A stretch of DNA of 64,000 bases from an uncultured Parachlamydiaceae bacterium (lineage in GTDB: Bacteria > Chlamydiota > Chlamydiia > Chlamydiales > Parachlamydiaceae): positions 352,001 through 416,000 of the forward strand of contig CAVVXH010000010.1 of NCBI GenBank assembly GCA_963752155.1. The letters are read 5' to 3'. A program made the translations under genes and the position numbers. The notes under the pieces were generated by a model that was not told the DNA's origin, ran no database searches, and saw only the letters and a program-made list of their open reading frames with translations. This document shows, in pieces, positions 18,394 to 28,689 of the stretch. How positions within the stretch are numbered: position 1 is the stretch's first letter; each line of letters starts with the position of its first letter.

Positions 18394-20268
18394 ATGAATA
18401 GTAATAACCCAACGGATGAAATTACGCTTCTTCCTTTTACAAAGGAAGCCTCCGGTTACAATTGGGAAATGTTACGTAAAGATTTTCCTGCAGCTTTTGC
18501 TGTAGCGTTACTTACTCTCCCGCAAGTGATGGGATACTCTGTACTTGTTGGATTACCCTTATTTTGCGGACTCTTCGCTGCCATTTATTCTTCAGCAATA
18601 GCAGCTTTGTTTGGATCTTCAAGGCATATTGTTGTAGGTCCTAGCAATGCTATGGCAATCTTAGTGCAATCGGGAGCCGCACAAATTTTATTTACCTATT
18701 ATCGAGATCTTCAGGGGGTTGATAGGGAATTTGCTGCATTGCAAATAATTACCTTATTGAGTTTTTTAGTCGGTATTTTTCAAATATTAGTTGCTGTTTG
18801 TAAGTTGGGGAGGCTGACCCAATTTGTAAGTCATTCTGTGATTGTAGGGTATATGGCGGGGACTTCGATTGCCATCGTCATAAGTCAGCTTTTTGCTTTA
18901 TTCGGTATCAATCGTGTGCCAGGTGTCAGTTCGTTCATTGAAAGAGGAATTTATTTTATTACCCATCTGCATGAGATTTATTGGCCAACAGCTACTATTG
19001 GGGTTAGCAGCCTTTTGCTTATTATAGCACTTAAAAAGATTGATAAACGTATTCCAGCTTCTTTGATTGCATTTGCTTTAGCAGGTGGTGTCGTGCATTA
19101 TTTCGGATTAAACGACTATGATGTTATGTCCCTGGATGACTCGAGAAGGACTTTATTGGTTGGTGACATAGCAGCATCGTTTGAAGTCATCCCTATTTTA
19201 CAATGGCCTTTCTTTGATCTAACCATCTTCAATGCAGCCTTGCCGATCGCTTTTGCAGTAGCTATTGTAAGTGTGATGGAAAGCATTTCTGTAGCTAAAT
19301 CGATAGCTGCAAGTACAGGTCAACGTCTTTCTGTCAATCAAGATATCTTTGGAATAGGTTTAGGGAATCTTTTAGGTGCCTTTTTTGCAGGAATTCCTAT
19401 CGCAGGCAGCCCTTCAAGAAGCACTTTAAATTACAGTTACGGGGCTCAAACCCGTTTTGCTGCTATTTTAAGTGCTGTTCTCATAGGCTTGATTCTCTAC
19501 TTTTTTGGGGCATTAGTGGCTCTCATCCCACTTGCTTCGTTGGCGGGACTTTTACTTTATAATGTCAGAAGCATCGTTGATACCAAGCAATTTTTTTTAT
19601 GTGCAAAAGCAACAGGATCAGACGCGTTTGTTTTGTGGTTGACAATGATCTCTTGCTTGCTTTTCAGCTTAGATGTTGCCTTTTACATCGGCATCGTTGT
19701 TTCGATCACTCTGTATCTCAAAAAAGCTGCAATCCCCCAACTTAAAGAATATGAAATTGATGAATTTGGAGAATTGTACCCGATTGATCCAGCAAATCTC
19801 CCATGTTCAACTCGGCAAATTCGAGTGATTAAAGTCGAAGGGGAATTATTTTTTGGAGCAGCAGATCTCTTTCAAACAACTCTGAAGTCAATAGCCGAAG
19901 ACGATACAAGCACTCGGATTATTTTATTGCAACTTAAGAATGCTCGCGATATTGATGCAACAGCCTGCCTAGCTCTCCAGCAGTTGTATGCCTACCTGAA
20001 AGGATCTGGCCGTCACTTGATTGCTTGTGGACTTACTTGGCAAATCTGGGAAGTCCTCAGCGATTCGGGGACGGTAGAAGTAATTGGTAAAGAGAATTTA
20101 TTTGTATTTGATGAACGTCACCCGCACGATTATATGCAGAAAGCCCTTTTACATGCTAAGCGGTTAATTGAAGAAGATTTATCTTTAGATAAGGAAGTCG
20201 AACTCTTTCCAGCCCCTCTTGCTCCTGAAGTTGACCAAGCTTATACTAAGGAGAGCATAGGAAATTAG
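18394..20268 (+). CDS. SulP/SLC26 anion permease with STAS domain
   Basis: LPQVMGYS, FGSSRHIVVGP, GSPSRS and C-terminal GELFFGAA...IDATA. Confidence 0.92.
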   Translation: MNSNNPTDEITLLPFTKEASGYNWEMLRKDFPAAFAVALLTLPQVMGYSVLVGLPLFCGLFAAIYSSAIAALFGSSRHIVVGPSNAMAILVQSGAAQILFTYYRDLQGVDREFAALQIITLLSFLVGIFQILVAVCKLGRLTQFVSHSVIVGYMAGTSIAIVISQLFALFGINRVPGVSSFIERGIYFITHLHEIYWPTATIGVSSLLLIIALKKIDKRIPASLIAFALAGGVVHYFGLNDYDVMSLDDSRRTLLVGDIAASFEVIPILQWPFFDLTIFNAALPIAFAVAIVSVMESISVAKSIAASTGQRLSVNQDIFGIGLGNLLGAFFAGIPIAGSPSRSTLNYSYGAQTRFAAILSAVLIGLILYFFGALVALIPLASLAGLLLYNVRSIVDTKQFFLCAKATGSDAFVLWLTMISCLLFSLDVAFYIGIVVSITLYLKKAAIPQLKEYEIDEFGELYPIDPANLPCSTRQIRVIKVEGELFFGAADLFQTTLKSIAEDDTSTRIILLQLKNARDIDATACLALQQLYAYLKGSGRHLIACGLTWQIWEVLSDSGTVEVIGKENLFVFDERHPHDYMQKALLHAKRLIEEDLSLDKEVELFPAPLAPEVDQAYTKESIGN

Positions 20269-20313
20269 AAAATCTGAACTTTCAAGTTCATTTTTTGAAC
20301 GACCAATATCTTT

Positions 20314-20668
20314 CCATTTCTTCCTCCCCCATTTCTCCAAAATATGTGACTTCTAATTAAGTATTTTTGGAGTGCGCGTGGCTTTGCCACCGCAGAACGC
20401 AGCCCCTATACGAGTCATGCCGGTAGACGTTGCCTCCATTAACTCATACTATCGTTGTTACAATTTGAATTCTCCTTTGTTGTAGCGGTTTAGAAAACTT
20501 GCTTGAGTTCTATCGAGGCTACGTCTGCCGGCATGACTCGTATAGAGGCTGCGTTCTGCGGTGGCAAAGCCACGCGCACTCCAAAAATTTTTTGGATGTT
20601 ATGATCAAAGGTGCCTACTTAATTAGAAGTCACATATTTTGGATCCGGAAATGGGGGAGGAAGAATGG
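20314..20668. repeat. Palindromic element family A, full nested inverted repeat
   Basis: Inner arms 20364-20436 and 20515-20587 are near-perfect reverse complements; outer arms at about 20314-20363 and 20616-20668. Confidence 0.92.
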
Positions 20669-20766
20669 CTACTGTGTTTCTCAATGAAAAGCTTGTTTGA
20701 TTGCAAATAATTTCTAGAAAGACTATGACTCAAAATTAGGCGATTCGCTTTTCATGTGAGGTTTCG

Positions 20767-21183
20767 ATGGCTAAAAAAGCAATTGTTATTGTCGATGACG
20801 ATATAGGTGTTTTGCGTAGTTTAAAAGAACAACTAAGAAATAATTTTGGTAATGAATACGATTATGAAACTGTAGACAATGCAGCCGAGGGGATGAAAAT
20901 TATTGACGAATTAGTCAAAGATGGTCTCCAATTAATTCTTATTGTCGATTGGTTAATGCCTGGAATGAAAGGCGATCAAATGCTTATCGAAGTCCACAAG
21001 AAATATCCGGAAATCATTAAAATTATGTTAACTGGACATGCAACGAGAGATTCTATTAACAACGCATTGCTGAATGCAAACTTATTTGCATGCATTTACA
21101 AACCTTGGGAAGAAAAAACTTTAGTCCAGGTCATTAATACTTTTGATCCTAAAATGCCACCGATAGATTCAGAGATTCCATAA
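20767..21183 (+). CDS. Single-domain response regulator (receiver only)
   Basis: IVDDD, phosphoacceptor in VDWLMPGMKG, IMLTG and KPW. Confidence 0.92.
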   Translation: MAKKAIVIVDDDIGVLRSLKEQLRNNFGNEYDYETVDNAAEGMKIIDELVKDGLQLILIVDWLMPGMKGDQMLIEVHKKYPEIIKIMLTGHATRDSINNALLNANLFACIYKPWEEKTLVQVINTFDPKMPPIDSEIP

Positions 21184-22377
21184 ATGGGGAATTTTCAGAA
21201 ATATCTCTTTGCAGCACTAGCGCTCGCTTTAACTGTGGGGGCTTATTTTTTTTATCTAATTATTCAAAACTCTTCTTCGTCTCCAGTATTACCTCCAATC
21301 GAGACACAACCAAAAATAAATGAAATTACAATTGGATGGATCGGCCCTTTAACAGGCCCTGCAAGATCATTGGGAATAGATAATTTCAATGCAGTTAATC
21401 TCGGGCTTTGGCAGTATGATCTAAAAAAAAATAAGGAAGATCCTAAAATCCATTTTGTTTATGCCAATGATGAATATAATCCTCAAAAAACAGTAAAAGA
21501 ATATAAGAAGATGGTTATGGCATATAATCCACAGATTATTTTCGTAAGTAGTTATTCCGGATTAAAAAAGATTGCAGATTATGCATTAAATGATAATGTG
21601 ATTATTATTAATCCGATCGATAACGATTTAAATTTAGCAAATATTAATAAAAATATTTTCCTTATCGGTAAAGAGACTGAGTCTCTGACTGTCATTGATG
21701 CAGAATCTATATTAGCTCAAGGTTTACAAAAAACAGCTGTTTTTTATTATTCTGATGATGATTTTATGCCTTATTCGGCTTATTCATTGAAAAAAATCCT
21801 TCAAAATGCAGGTAAGAAAGTTTATTTATATAAATATTCGAGAGGTACGAAAGATTTTTATAAATTTTTAGAAGAAGCTAAAGCAAATCATGTTGATTCC
21901 TATGCTTTTTTCGGTTATTTCGAAATTGGATATGCTATGGAGCAGGCCAGGAAATTAGGAATTACCGCTCCTTTTTTTTCTTTAAATTTGATTACAGATC
22001 CAACTTTTCAAGAAACATCAGGGGGAGCTGTAAATGGGACCTATTTTGCACATTTTACAAGTTTAGATGGAAATAGAGAGATAGCTGCACAGTTTCTTAA
22101 AGACTATCAAGAAAAATACCAAGAAACCCCTCTCGTCGAATGGACTGCTATGCAAGCCTACGACGCTATCAATATCGTCATTGATGCGATCCTCCAAGCC
22201 AAAAAATTTAATGGAGACCTGACGGATAATCTTCGCAAAGCTTTATTCAATGTCAGAGATTTTGAAGGGACTTCAGGAAACATTTCAATAGGCCAAAATG
22301 GTGCAAGCTCGGGCATCTATCCTGCTATGTACATTCTAAAAAATGGCAAATCAATAAAAATGGAAAAAAATAAGTGA
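21184..22377 (+). CDS. Membrane-anchored periplasmic binding protein, type 1 (LivJ/LivK-like)
   Basis: N-terminal TM segment; IGWIGPLTGP, QAYDAI and FEGTSGNI. Confidence 0.85.
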   Translation: MGNFQKYLFAALALALTVGAYFFYLIIQNSSSSPVLPPIETQPKINEITIGWIGPLTGPARSLGIDNFNAVNLGLWQYDLKKNKEDPKIHFVYANDEYNPQKTVKEYKKMVMAYNPQIIFVSSYSGLKKIADYALNDNVIIINPIDNDLNLANINKNIFLIGKETESLTVIDAESILAQGLQKTAVFYYSDDDFMPYSAYSLKKILQNAGKKVYLYKYSRGTKDFYKFLEEAKANHVDSYAFFGYFEIGYAMEQARKLGITAPFFSLNLITDPTFQETSGGAVNGTYFAHFTSLDGNREIAAQFLKDYQEKYQETPLVEWTAMQAYDAINIVIDAILQAKKFNGDLTDNLRKALFNVRDFEGTSGNISIGQNGASSGIYPAMYILKNGKSIKMEKNK

Positions 22378-23576
22378 AAAAGATCTCTTTTTATGTATTT
22401 ATCACTTTAATCATTTTGTTGCTTATATCTTACTTTGCTTACATCTATTTTTTAGGAAGCGTTATGCTTTCTCCTCGAGTTGAAAGTGAAAGAGTTAAGG
22501 AGGTGACAATCGGGTGGATTGGACCTTTAACGGGCCCTTTAAGATTTTTAGGAAGTGATAATCTTAAAGCTGTAAAGTTAGCATTGTTGCAATATGGACT
22601 CAGTAAGGAAAAAAATGATCCGGAAATAAAATTTGTTATTGCAGATGATCGATACAATCCTCTTCGCACTGAAGCGGAATATAGAAAGATGATGGATACT
22701 TACCATCCGGTGCTGATATTTGTGACCGGATATACAGGGATGAAAACTGTTGCACAATATGCCATAGCTGATTCTGTGCTCATCGTTAATCCAATCGATA
22801 ATGATGCAAATTTGGCAAATCTTAACCAAAATATTTTTCTGATTGGCAAAGAAACTGAAACCCTTGCTGTCATCGACGCAGATTCAATTATTTCTCAGGG
22901 AAGACAACATCCAGCTCTAATTTATAAAAGCGATGATGAGTTTATGCGTATTTTGGCGGATACGTTTATAAATATTCTTAAGTATTCTGGTAAAGAAGTA
23001 CTTGTTTATCCGTATCAAGATGGAAGAACAGATTTTCAGGATTTTTTTAAAGAGGCAGAATCGAAAGAAGCAGATGCCTATGTTTTTTTCGGCTATGAAG
23101 AAGTGGGTTTTGCGATGAAGCAGGCACGCGAAATGGGGATCAAAGATCCATTTTATTCTGTAAATTTGATTCCAGACCCTGCTTTTCAAGAGAATTCCAA
23201 GGGTGCTGTCAATGGGACTTTTTTCGCATTCTTCACCCCCATAAATGGTAACAAAGCGCAAGCCGAAGAATTTTTTAGGCAATTTAAACAAAGATTTCGA
23301 GAAAGACCTTCGATCGAATGGACCGCCATGCAAAGTTATGATGCGATCAATATCGTCATTGATGCAATTAAAATCAGTGCTGGAAAAAAAGGAAATTTTA
23401 TCAATCATTTGCGTAGTGAATTGTTAAATATTTCCGATTATAGCGGTGTCTCTGGAGATATTACTATTAGACCGAATGGTTCAAGCGAGGGTATTTACCC
23501 TAGCTTATATATTTTAGATAATGGAAAAGCAATTCCTGCTGAAACGTATCCAGTTACAGGGAAAGGGAATCACTAG
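22374..23576 (+). CDS. Second LivJ/LivK-like periplasmic binding protein (tandem paralog)
   Basis: Shares IGWIGPLTGP, NPIDND, IFLIGKETE and EWTAMQ.YDAINIVIDAI with the upstream gene. Confidence 0.85.
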   Translation: MKKISFYVFITLIILLLISYFAYIYFLGSVMLSPRVESERVKEVTIGWIGPLTGPLRFLGSDNLKAVKLALLQYGLSKEKNDPEIKFVIADDRYNPLRTEAEYRKMMDTYHPVLIFVTGYTGMKTVAQYAIADSVLIVNPIDNDANLANLNQNIFLIGKETETLAVIDADSIISQGRQHPALIYKSDDEFMRILADTFINILKYSGKEVLVYPYQDGRTDFQDFFKEAESKEADAYVFFGYEEVGFAMKQAREMGIKDPFYSVNLIPDPAFQENSKGAVNGTFFAFFTPINGNKAQAEEFFRQFKQRFRERPSIEWTAMQSYDAINIVIDAIKISAGKKGNFINHLRSELLNISDYSGVSGDITIRPNGSSEGIYPSLYILDNGKAIPAETYPVTGKGNH

Positions 23577-23578
23577 GA

Positions 23579-25702
23579 ATGCAAGGATTTAAAACCTCCC
23601 ATAAATTGATATTCGGATTTCTTGCTGCTGCAATTATTCCTGTTATAGTTGTCATTCTAGCAAATTTGTTGTTATTAAGAATTGAAGAAAAGGCCATCTT
23701 AGATCTTTATCTCAATCAGTCTAGAGATGTCATCGACTCTGCAGAGATAAAGCTAGAGGCTTTTTTTAAAAAGATAAATAGGTCAATAAGATTGCTTCAA
23801 TCCGATCCTGAACTTGTTTCTCAATTCGAACAAATTAAAAGCCTCAGTGGAAGTAATATCGGTTCGCCGGAATATCAAAAATCAAAAAATGAATTAAATG
23901 CTGTTTTGCAAACTTTACAACGCAGTGAGGGGCTTAGTGACATCTTTTTAACTGGTAAAGATGGTATTATTTATTATGCAAGTAATTCTGCTCATTTCTG
24001 GGAGTATTTAGGGAAATCGTTAGAAAAAATTATGGGACTCAATTTACCGAGCTCTTCTTCTATTTACACCTCGGAGATATTTAAAGATCCTATTAAAGGG
24101 AATTATCAAGTTCTTGTTGCAGCGCCTTTGTTAAATGGAGAAGAAGAAGTTGAAGGGATGATGTTTATTGAACTCCCCATGGCAACTGTTTATCAATTTT
24201 TTCTTGAATCGCATGGTCCTGGCCAATCGACTGAAATTATTCTCGCAAAGAAATCTAAAGAAGATACTTTACTCGCAGCTTCTCCTCTTGATTATGATTA
24301 CAATGCGATCTTGAATAAAACAATTCTTCATGGAAAAGCTTCTAAAATCATGCGGGAACATTTAGATGATTTTGGATACGGAAAAGCAATCAATTACAAA
24401 GATAATGAAGTTTTGTACTTTTGGAAAAAAATATCTGATTTAGATCAATATCTATTTGTAACAACAAATATTAATGAAATGTTTTCAAATATTAAAAATC
24501 TAGAAAAGTTTATTTACTTTACAACGTTAACTTTCGGTGTTTTGTTTACATTATTTGCGATATTTTTGGCAAAAATTATTACTAAGCCTTTATTAAAATT
24601 GGTCAATAGTGTGAAAAAAACGACTCCAGGACAATTATCAGCAAAGATTGATCCGGAATTACTCGAATACAAAGATGAAATTGGTGCACTGGCTTACGCT
24701 TTTAAAGACAAAAACGAACAGCTGGATAAATATTTTATGGAATTAAAGGATGCAGAGCAGCAGCTCGTTATTTCGGAGAAAATGGCAGCATTGGGAAATT
24801 TAGTCGCAGGGATTGCGCATGAAGTGAATACACCCCTTGGAGCCATCAATGCCTCCATTTCAAATATCACGACATCCCTACAGTATGTTGCCAAGAACTT
24901 GCCTAAAGTGTTGATGGAATTTTCTACAAAAGAAAAAATGAACGATTTCTTTCAGTTATTGGATCGATCTTCAGAAAGTCGGAGTTCTTTACCCTCTCGT
25001 GAAGAAAGACTTGCTTTAGAAAAATCTTTAAAAACAATGGGAGTAAAGCATTATGAAAATGCGGCAGAGATGTTAACTGATATGGGTATCAAGGAAAATG
25101 TGGAACCCTTTTTACCTTTAATTCAGAAAGATTTGGATTTACTCCAATTTGCTTATCATTTTTCCTCGATGGAGAAAAATGGGAGTACGATGTCTGATGG
25201 TATTAAACAAGCATCGCGAATTATTTATGCATTGAAAAGTTATGCTCACTTTGAAGTGGAAGGGAAAAAAAGCCAAGAAAACATAAAAGAGGGTATAGAA
25301 ACGGTTTTAACGTTGTATCAAAATAAATTTAAGTTTGGAATTAACGTTGTAAGAAATTATTTTGAAACACCTTTAATTTATTGTCATCCAGATGAATTGA
25401 ATCAAGTGTGGACAAATCTTATTCAAAATGCTGTGGATGCGATGGATAATAAGGGGACATTGACGATAGATCTTTTTCAAAAGGGAGATTTTGTCGTTGT
25501 GAGTTTTACAGATACTGGAAGCGGAATTCTTGAAAAGATTAAGCACCGTATTTTTGATCCTTTTTTTACCACAAAACCTAGTGGCCAGGGGAGTGGCATT
25601 GGTCTCAGCGTTGTGAAAAAAATTGTAGATAAGCACGGCGGAAAAATTATTGTGGATAGTACGCCAGGGAAGACAACATTTAGTATTTATTTGCCGGTGT
25701 AG
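23579..25702 (+). CDS. Sensor histidine kinase with a periplasmic Cache-like domain, HAMP, HisKA and HATPase
   Basis: Two TM segments, DEIGALA, AGIAHEVNTPLG, NQVWTNLIQNAVDA, DTGSGI, FFTTK and GSGIGL. Confidence 0.93.
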   Translation: MQGFKTSHKLIFGFLAAAIIPVIVVILANLLLLRIEEKAILDLYLNQSRDVIDSAEIKLEAFFKKINRSIRLLQSDPELVSQFEQIKSLSGSNIGSPEYQKSKNELNAVLQTLQRSEGLSDIFLTGKDGIIYYASNSAHFWEYLGKSLEKIMGLNLPSSSSIYTSEIFKDPIKGNYQVLVAAPLLNGEEEVEGMMFIELPMATVYQFFLESHGPGQSTEIILAKKSKEDTLLAASPLDYDYNAILNKTILHGKASKIMREHLDDFGYGKAINYKDNEVLYFWKKISDLDQYLFVTTNINEMFSNIKNLEKFIYFTTLTFGVLFTLFAIFLAKIITKPLLKLVNSVKKTTPGQLSAKIDPELLEYKDEIGALAYAFKDKNEQLDKYFMELKDAEQQLVISEKMAALGNLVAGIAHEVNTPLGAINASISNITTSLQYVAKNLPKVLMEFSTKEKMNDFFQLLDRSSESRSSLPSREERLALEKSLKTMGVKHYENAAEMLTDMGIKENVEPFLPLIQKDLDLLQFAYHFSSMEKNGSTMSDGIKQASRIIYALKSYAHFEVEGKKSQENIKEGIETVLTLYQNKFKFGINVVRNYFETPLIYCHPDELNQVWTNLIQNAVDAMDNKGTLTIDLFQKGDFVVVSFTDTGSGILEKIKHRIFDPFFTTKPSGQGSGIGLSVVKKIVDKHGGKIIVDSTPGKTTFSIYLPV

Positions 25703-25768
25703 ATGGCATAGATTATGAATATGAATTCATATAGTTAATGAGGCGTAATTAAATTTAGATTTTAATAA

Positions 25769-25796
25769 TTGAAAATAATATTTGTAATGTTATAAT
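25769..25796 (+). promoter_or_regulatory. Putative sigma66 promoter
   Basis: TTGAAA-16 bp-TATAAT with an extended -10 TG, upstream of the GGAGGT RBS and ATG 25844. Confidence 0.5.
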
Positions 25797-25843
25797 TAAG
25801 TAAAGGATAAATAGATAAATCTCTTATTTGGAGGTGTACTGTT

Positions 25844-26647
25844 ATGGATCCAAAAATATTTGCTATGATGCATGGTGAGAAAAGTCAGACTTCACAAAAA
25901 AAAGAGGAAATTCTCTCTAAAGAAAAAGAAGTTGAAAAAGAGAAAGATCGTTATGAGATTGCCCGTGATAAATACATTAAAGAGCAAGTAGATGTTCTCA
26001 TGCAAGAAGGAAATCCTAACAATAAATTGCTTTCTTCAGAATTAAGACGTGAAAAGCTCGAACAAGAATTGCGTAATACTCTTGATTCAACAGAAGTTGA
26101 AGGTTTTCTTCTCGACGCTGTAAAAATTGTGCATAGTCAAGGGAAGCAATACCTCGATGAAAAAAGTTATACTGCTTTAATTGAAGAATTGAATCAAGTT
26201 CGTGATCGACTTGAAGTGATCGATTTAGAAAATTTGGATGAAGAAAAACTTAGAGAAGCTTTTAGTATTTCTCCGGAGGGACAGTCATCGATCCTTAAGA
26301 TAGCTATTGCAAAATTTAATGAAGGACTTTTATCCGAGGCTTTATCCATTTTTACGTTTCTATCGAATCTTGATTTTTCTAATTATGATTATGCTTATCG
26401 TCTTGGTCTTATTGCCCAACAGAATGGAAGGAATGATCTGGCCTTACAAGCCTTTACTGAAGTATCGCAGTTAAATCCTGAATTTATTGGATCTCATCTT
26501 TTTGCAGCTCAATGTTATCTCGATATGCATGAGCGTGAAAACGCTATAAAAGAGCTGTCAGAAGCTAAAGAACTTCTTAAGTCAACTGAAGGGGGAGAAG
26601 AATGGCGCGAGTTAATTGTTAATTTTGAACAATTGCTAGCAGCTTAA
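25844..26647 (+). CDS. TPR protein resembling SycD/LcrH class II type III secretion chaperones
   Basis: C-terminal TPRs (IAIAKFNEG..EALSIFTFL, YAYRLGLIAQ, HLFAAQCYL); acidic helical N-terminal extension. Confidence 0.65.
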   Translation: MDPKIFAMMHGEKSQTSQKKEEILSKEKEVEKEKDRYEIARDKYIKEQVDVLMQEGNPNNKLLSSELRREKLEQELRNTLDSTEVEGFLLDAVKIVHSQGKQYLDEKSYTALIEELNQVRDRLEVIDLENLDEEKLREAFSISPEGQSSILKIAIAKFNEGLLSEALSIFTFLSNLDFSNYDYAYRLGLIAQQNGRNDLALQAFTEVSQLNPEFIGSHLFAAQCYLDMHERENAIKELSEAKELLKSTEGGEEWRELIVNFEQLLAA

Positions 26648-26672
26648 TAATAATTTTAAAAGGAGAAATTTT

Positions 26673-27026
26673 ATGAGCGGTATTCAAGAATCAGGTCGTC
26701 TGCCACCCAAGTCCGAGCTAACTGAAAAAGAATCTACAGCGATGAAGACTTATGCGGATCTAAAAAGTTTGAAAGTACAACAGATAACGAATACAGATGT
26801 TAAGTCTTCTGAATCTCCTGGCACGTTTAAAGAGGAAAATTCTTTGCGTTCAATAGGTTTAGCTTCAACGATTTTTAAGACATTAAAGGATGTTTTAGGG
26901 AAAGATAAACCTTCGCCTGAAAAATCATTAAAAACAAATTTGGAAAAGGCGGATGGATTACAAAGAAAATTATATGAAGCGAAGATAGGTAATAAACATT
27001 GGGGTCCTATACCACCTGAAGGATGA
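26673..27026 (+). CDS. Hypothetical protein, possible chaperone substrate
   Basis: AAGGAG RBS; Ser/Lys/Glu-rich; co-oriented directly after the TPR gene. Confidence 0.65.
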   Translation: MSGIQESGRLPPKSELTEKESTAMKTYADLKSLKVQQITNTDVKSSESPGTFKEENSLRSIGLASTIFKTLKDVLGKDKPSPEKSLKTNLEKADGLQRKLYEAKIGNKHWGPIPPEG

Positions 27027-27043
27027 TGGCACTACTACTACCA

Positions 27044-27084
27044 TCATCATTGTCGTTGTAGATGTACAGCGACAATGATAATGA
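27044..27084. terminator. Hairpin between convergent genes
   Basis: tcattgtcgttgta-gatg-tacagcgacaatga stem. Confidence 0.55.
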
Positions 27085-27101
27085 CAGCTTAATAGCTTCT
27101 T

Positions 27102-27314
27102 TTATGCCTTTTTAGATTCTTCGGAAGAGCTCTGATTATCGCATTGAGTTCCTGCAGGGCTATGACAACCTTTCTCGGAAAAGCAGCCACAATTTTTTTC
27201 AACTGTACATTTGCAATCTTGACAACGACAATTCTTTTTAGAGGGTTGGTCAGCTGATAAACAGCTTGCGGCCAATAAGTAGATAGTTGCAAAACTAATA
27301 AATAATTTTTTCAT
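27102..27314 (-). CDS. Small exported cysteine-rich protein
   Basis: GAGGA RBS; signal peptide; CRC..CKC....CGC....C......C. Confidence 0.7.
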   Translation of the reverse strand: MKKLFISFATIYLLAASCLSADQPSKKNCRCQDCKCTVEKNCGCFSEKGCHSPAGTQCDNQSSSEESKKA

Positions 27315-27538
27315 GGAAAGAAGTCCTCGTGTTTTTTTTTTATAATAGAGTATTTTGGATTTATTTTAAAGAAGTAAGCTTGGTGCATTTTTTTTATTGA
27401 TCCATTGATGATGGCAGCAGTCCCTCAAATTGTAGCTCACGTTGAGTGTAGCCACGTGACCTCCAAGTAGTCTAAAGCACTGCGTGGGATCAATCCACAA
27501 AAAAATTACGCAAACTGTAGCTCAACATCTTTTGGTCG

Positions 27539-28151
27539 TTATGATTCCACGTAGGTTAGATTTTCTTTGCAAAAAAAGTAAGCTCGGAGCATGTTTTTTA
27601 TTGATCCATTGATGATGACAACAATCCCAATGTTCTCTTGGAATTTGGCGGCCATCTCCAAATAGCATTTTCTTCGAAAGGCACTTCCAGGATGCCCAGG
27701 ATAACACGTAATGCTGATTAAACCGCCTGGTGTAATCAATTCCTTAGCACCTTCAAGACTAAGCAAGTTGATTTAGCCGCTGTAGTAAGGGATTTATCCA
27801 CCTCCCGGAAGATACCCAAGATTATAAACAATTAATTTAATGGGTCCAAATTCGCCTGGGAATGCTTCTTTCAAGTGGCGATGAGCATCCCTTTATGTAA
27901 GATAACGCGATTTAAAACTTCTTCAGGGAGTTTATCCTGAAGTAAACTTTGTGTTGCAGACAATGCACAATCTTGGATATCAAAGGCATAAACGTGTCCT
28001 TTTTCAGGATGAGTGTGAATTCGCAAAGCTGTAAAGTGTCGTGTCCATTACCGCAGGTGCAGTCGACACGCAGTCGCCTAGATAGTAATTGTTGTTCCCA
28101 GTACCAATGTGCAAGCTTAAGATGAGATCCGATCTCAAAGTGATTATTCAT
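27539..28151 (-). CDS. Class I SAM-dependent methyltransferase (YtqB/MnmM-like), frameshifted in this assembly
   Basis: VDCTCGNGHDTL, IVYNLGYLPG, GGLISITCYPGH and CCHHQWIN occur in different frames. Confidence 0.75.
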
Positions 28152-28674
28152 TGAGATCCATTATGCAGAGGAATTTAGGTTGAAAGTTCGCTGTAAGATT
28201 GAACTGTTGATGATAGCCTAAAAAGGATGAGAAGAGTTCGCTGAGTTCATCGCCGATACGATCCAGCAATGCATTTTGCTGATTTTCTTCGATGGGGGAA
28301 GGTCGATGGTTAGGTAGATCGATTTTTTCTTGAGCTGAAGCTGATAGGGGATTTCTTTCCCAGGGAATAATTCTTCAAGATAGGTTTTTACATAACTCTG
28401 AATAAGTGCGCTATCGACTGCAACGGTTTGTCCTTTGACTTTTAGATAAAAATATTGGCGACGGGTCCCCAAGAAAATATTGAAGGCAGTTGCGATGCCT
28501 ATCGCAAGCATGCATAACCCAAACAAAAAAATCAAGAAGAGGCTGTTGTGAGATAAGATCAATGGCTAAGTGTTTGCATGCCGCTGGACCAAGGGAGGAT
28601 GACTCCATAAATCCAAAAAGAATGAAAAACAAGGCGATACATAAGGTGATGAGTGAATAGAGGAAATGAGTCAT
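28144..28674 (-). CDS. Hypothetical membrane protein, frameshifted
   Basis: Overlapping ORF fragments 28411-28674 and 28218-28562 form one two-TM protein downstream of the Asp23 gene. Confidence 0.6.
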
Positions 28675-28689
28675 CGCTAACCTTTTAAC

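Noticed and set aside
20499..20687. 62-aa ORF
   Set aside because: Lies inside the arm of the palindromic element.
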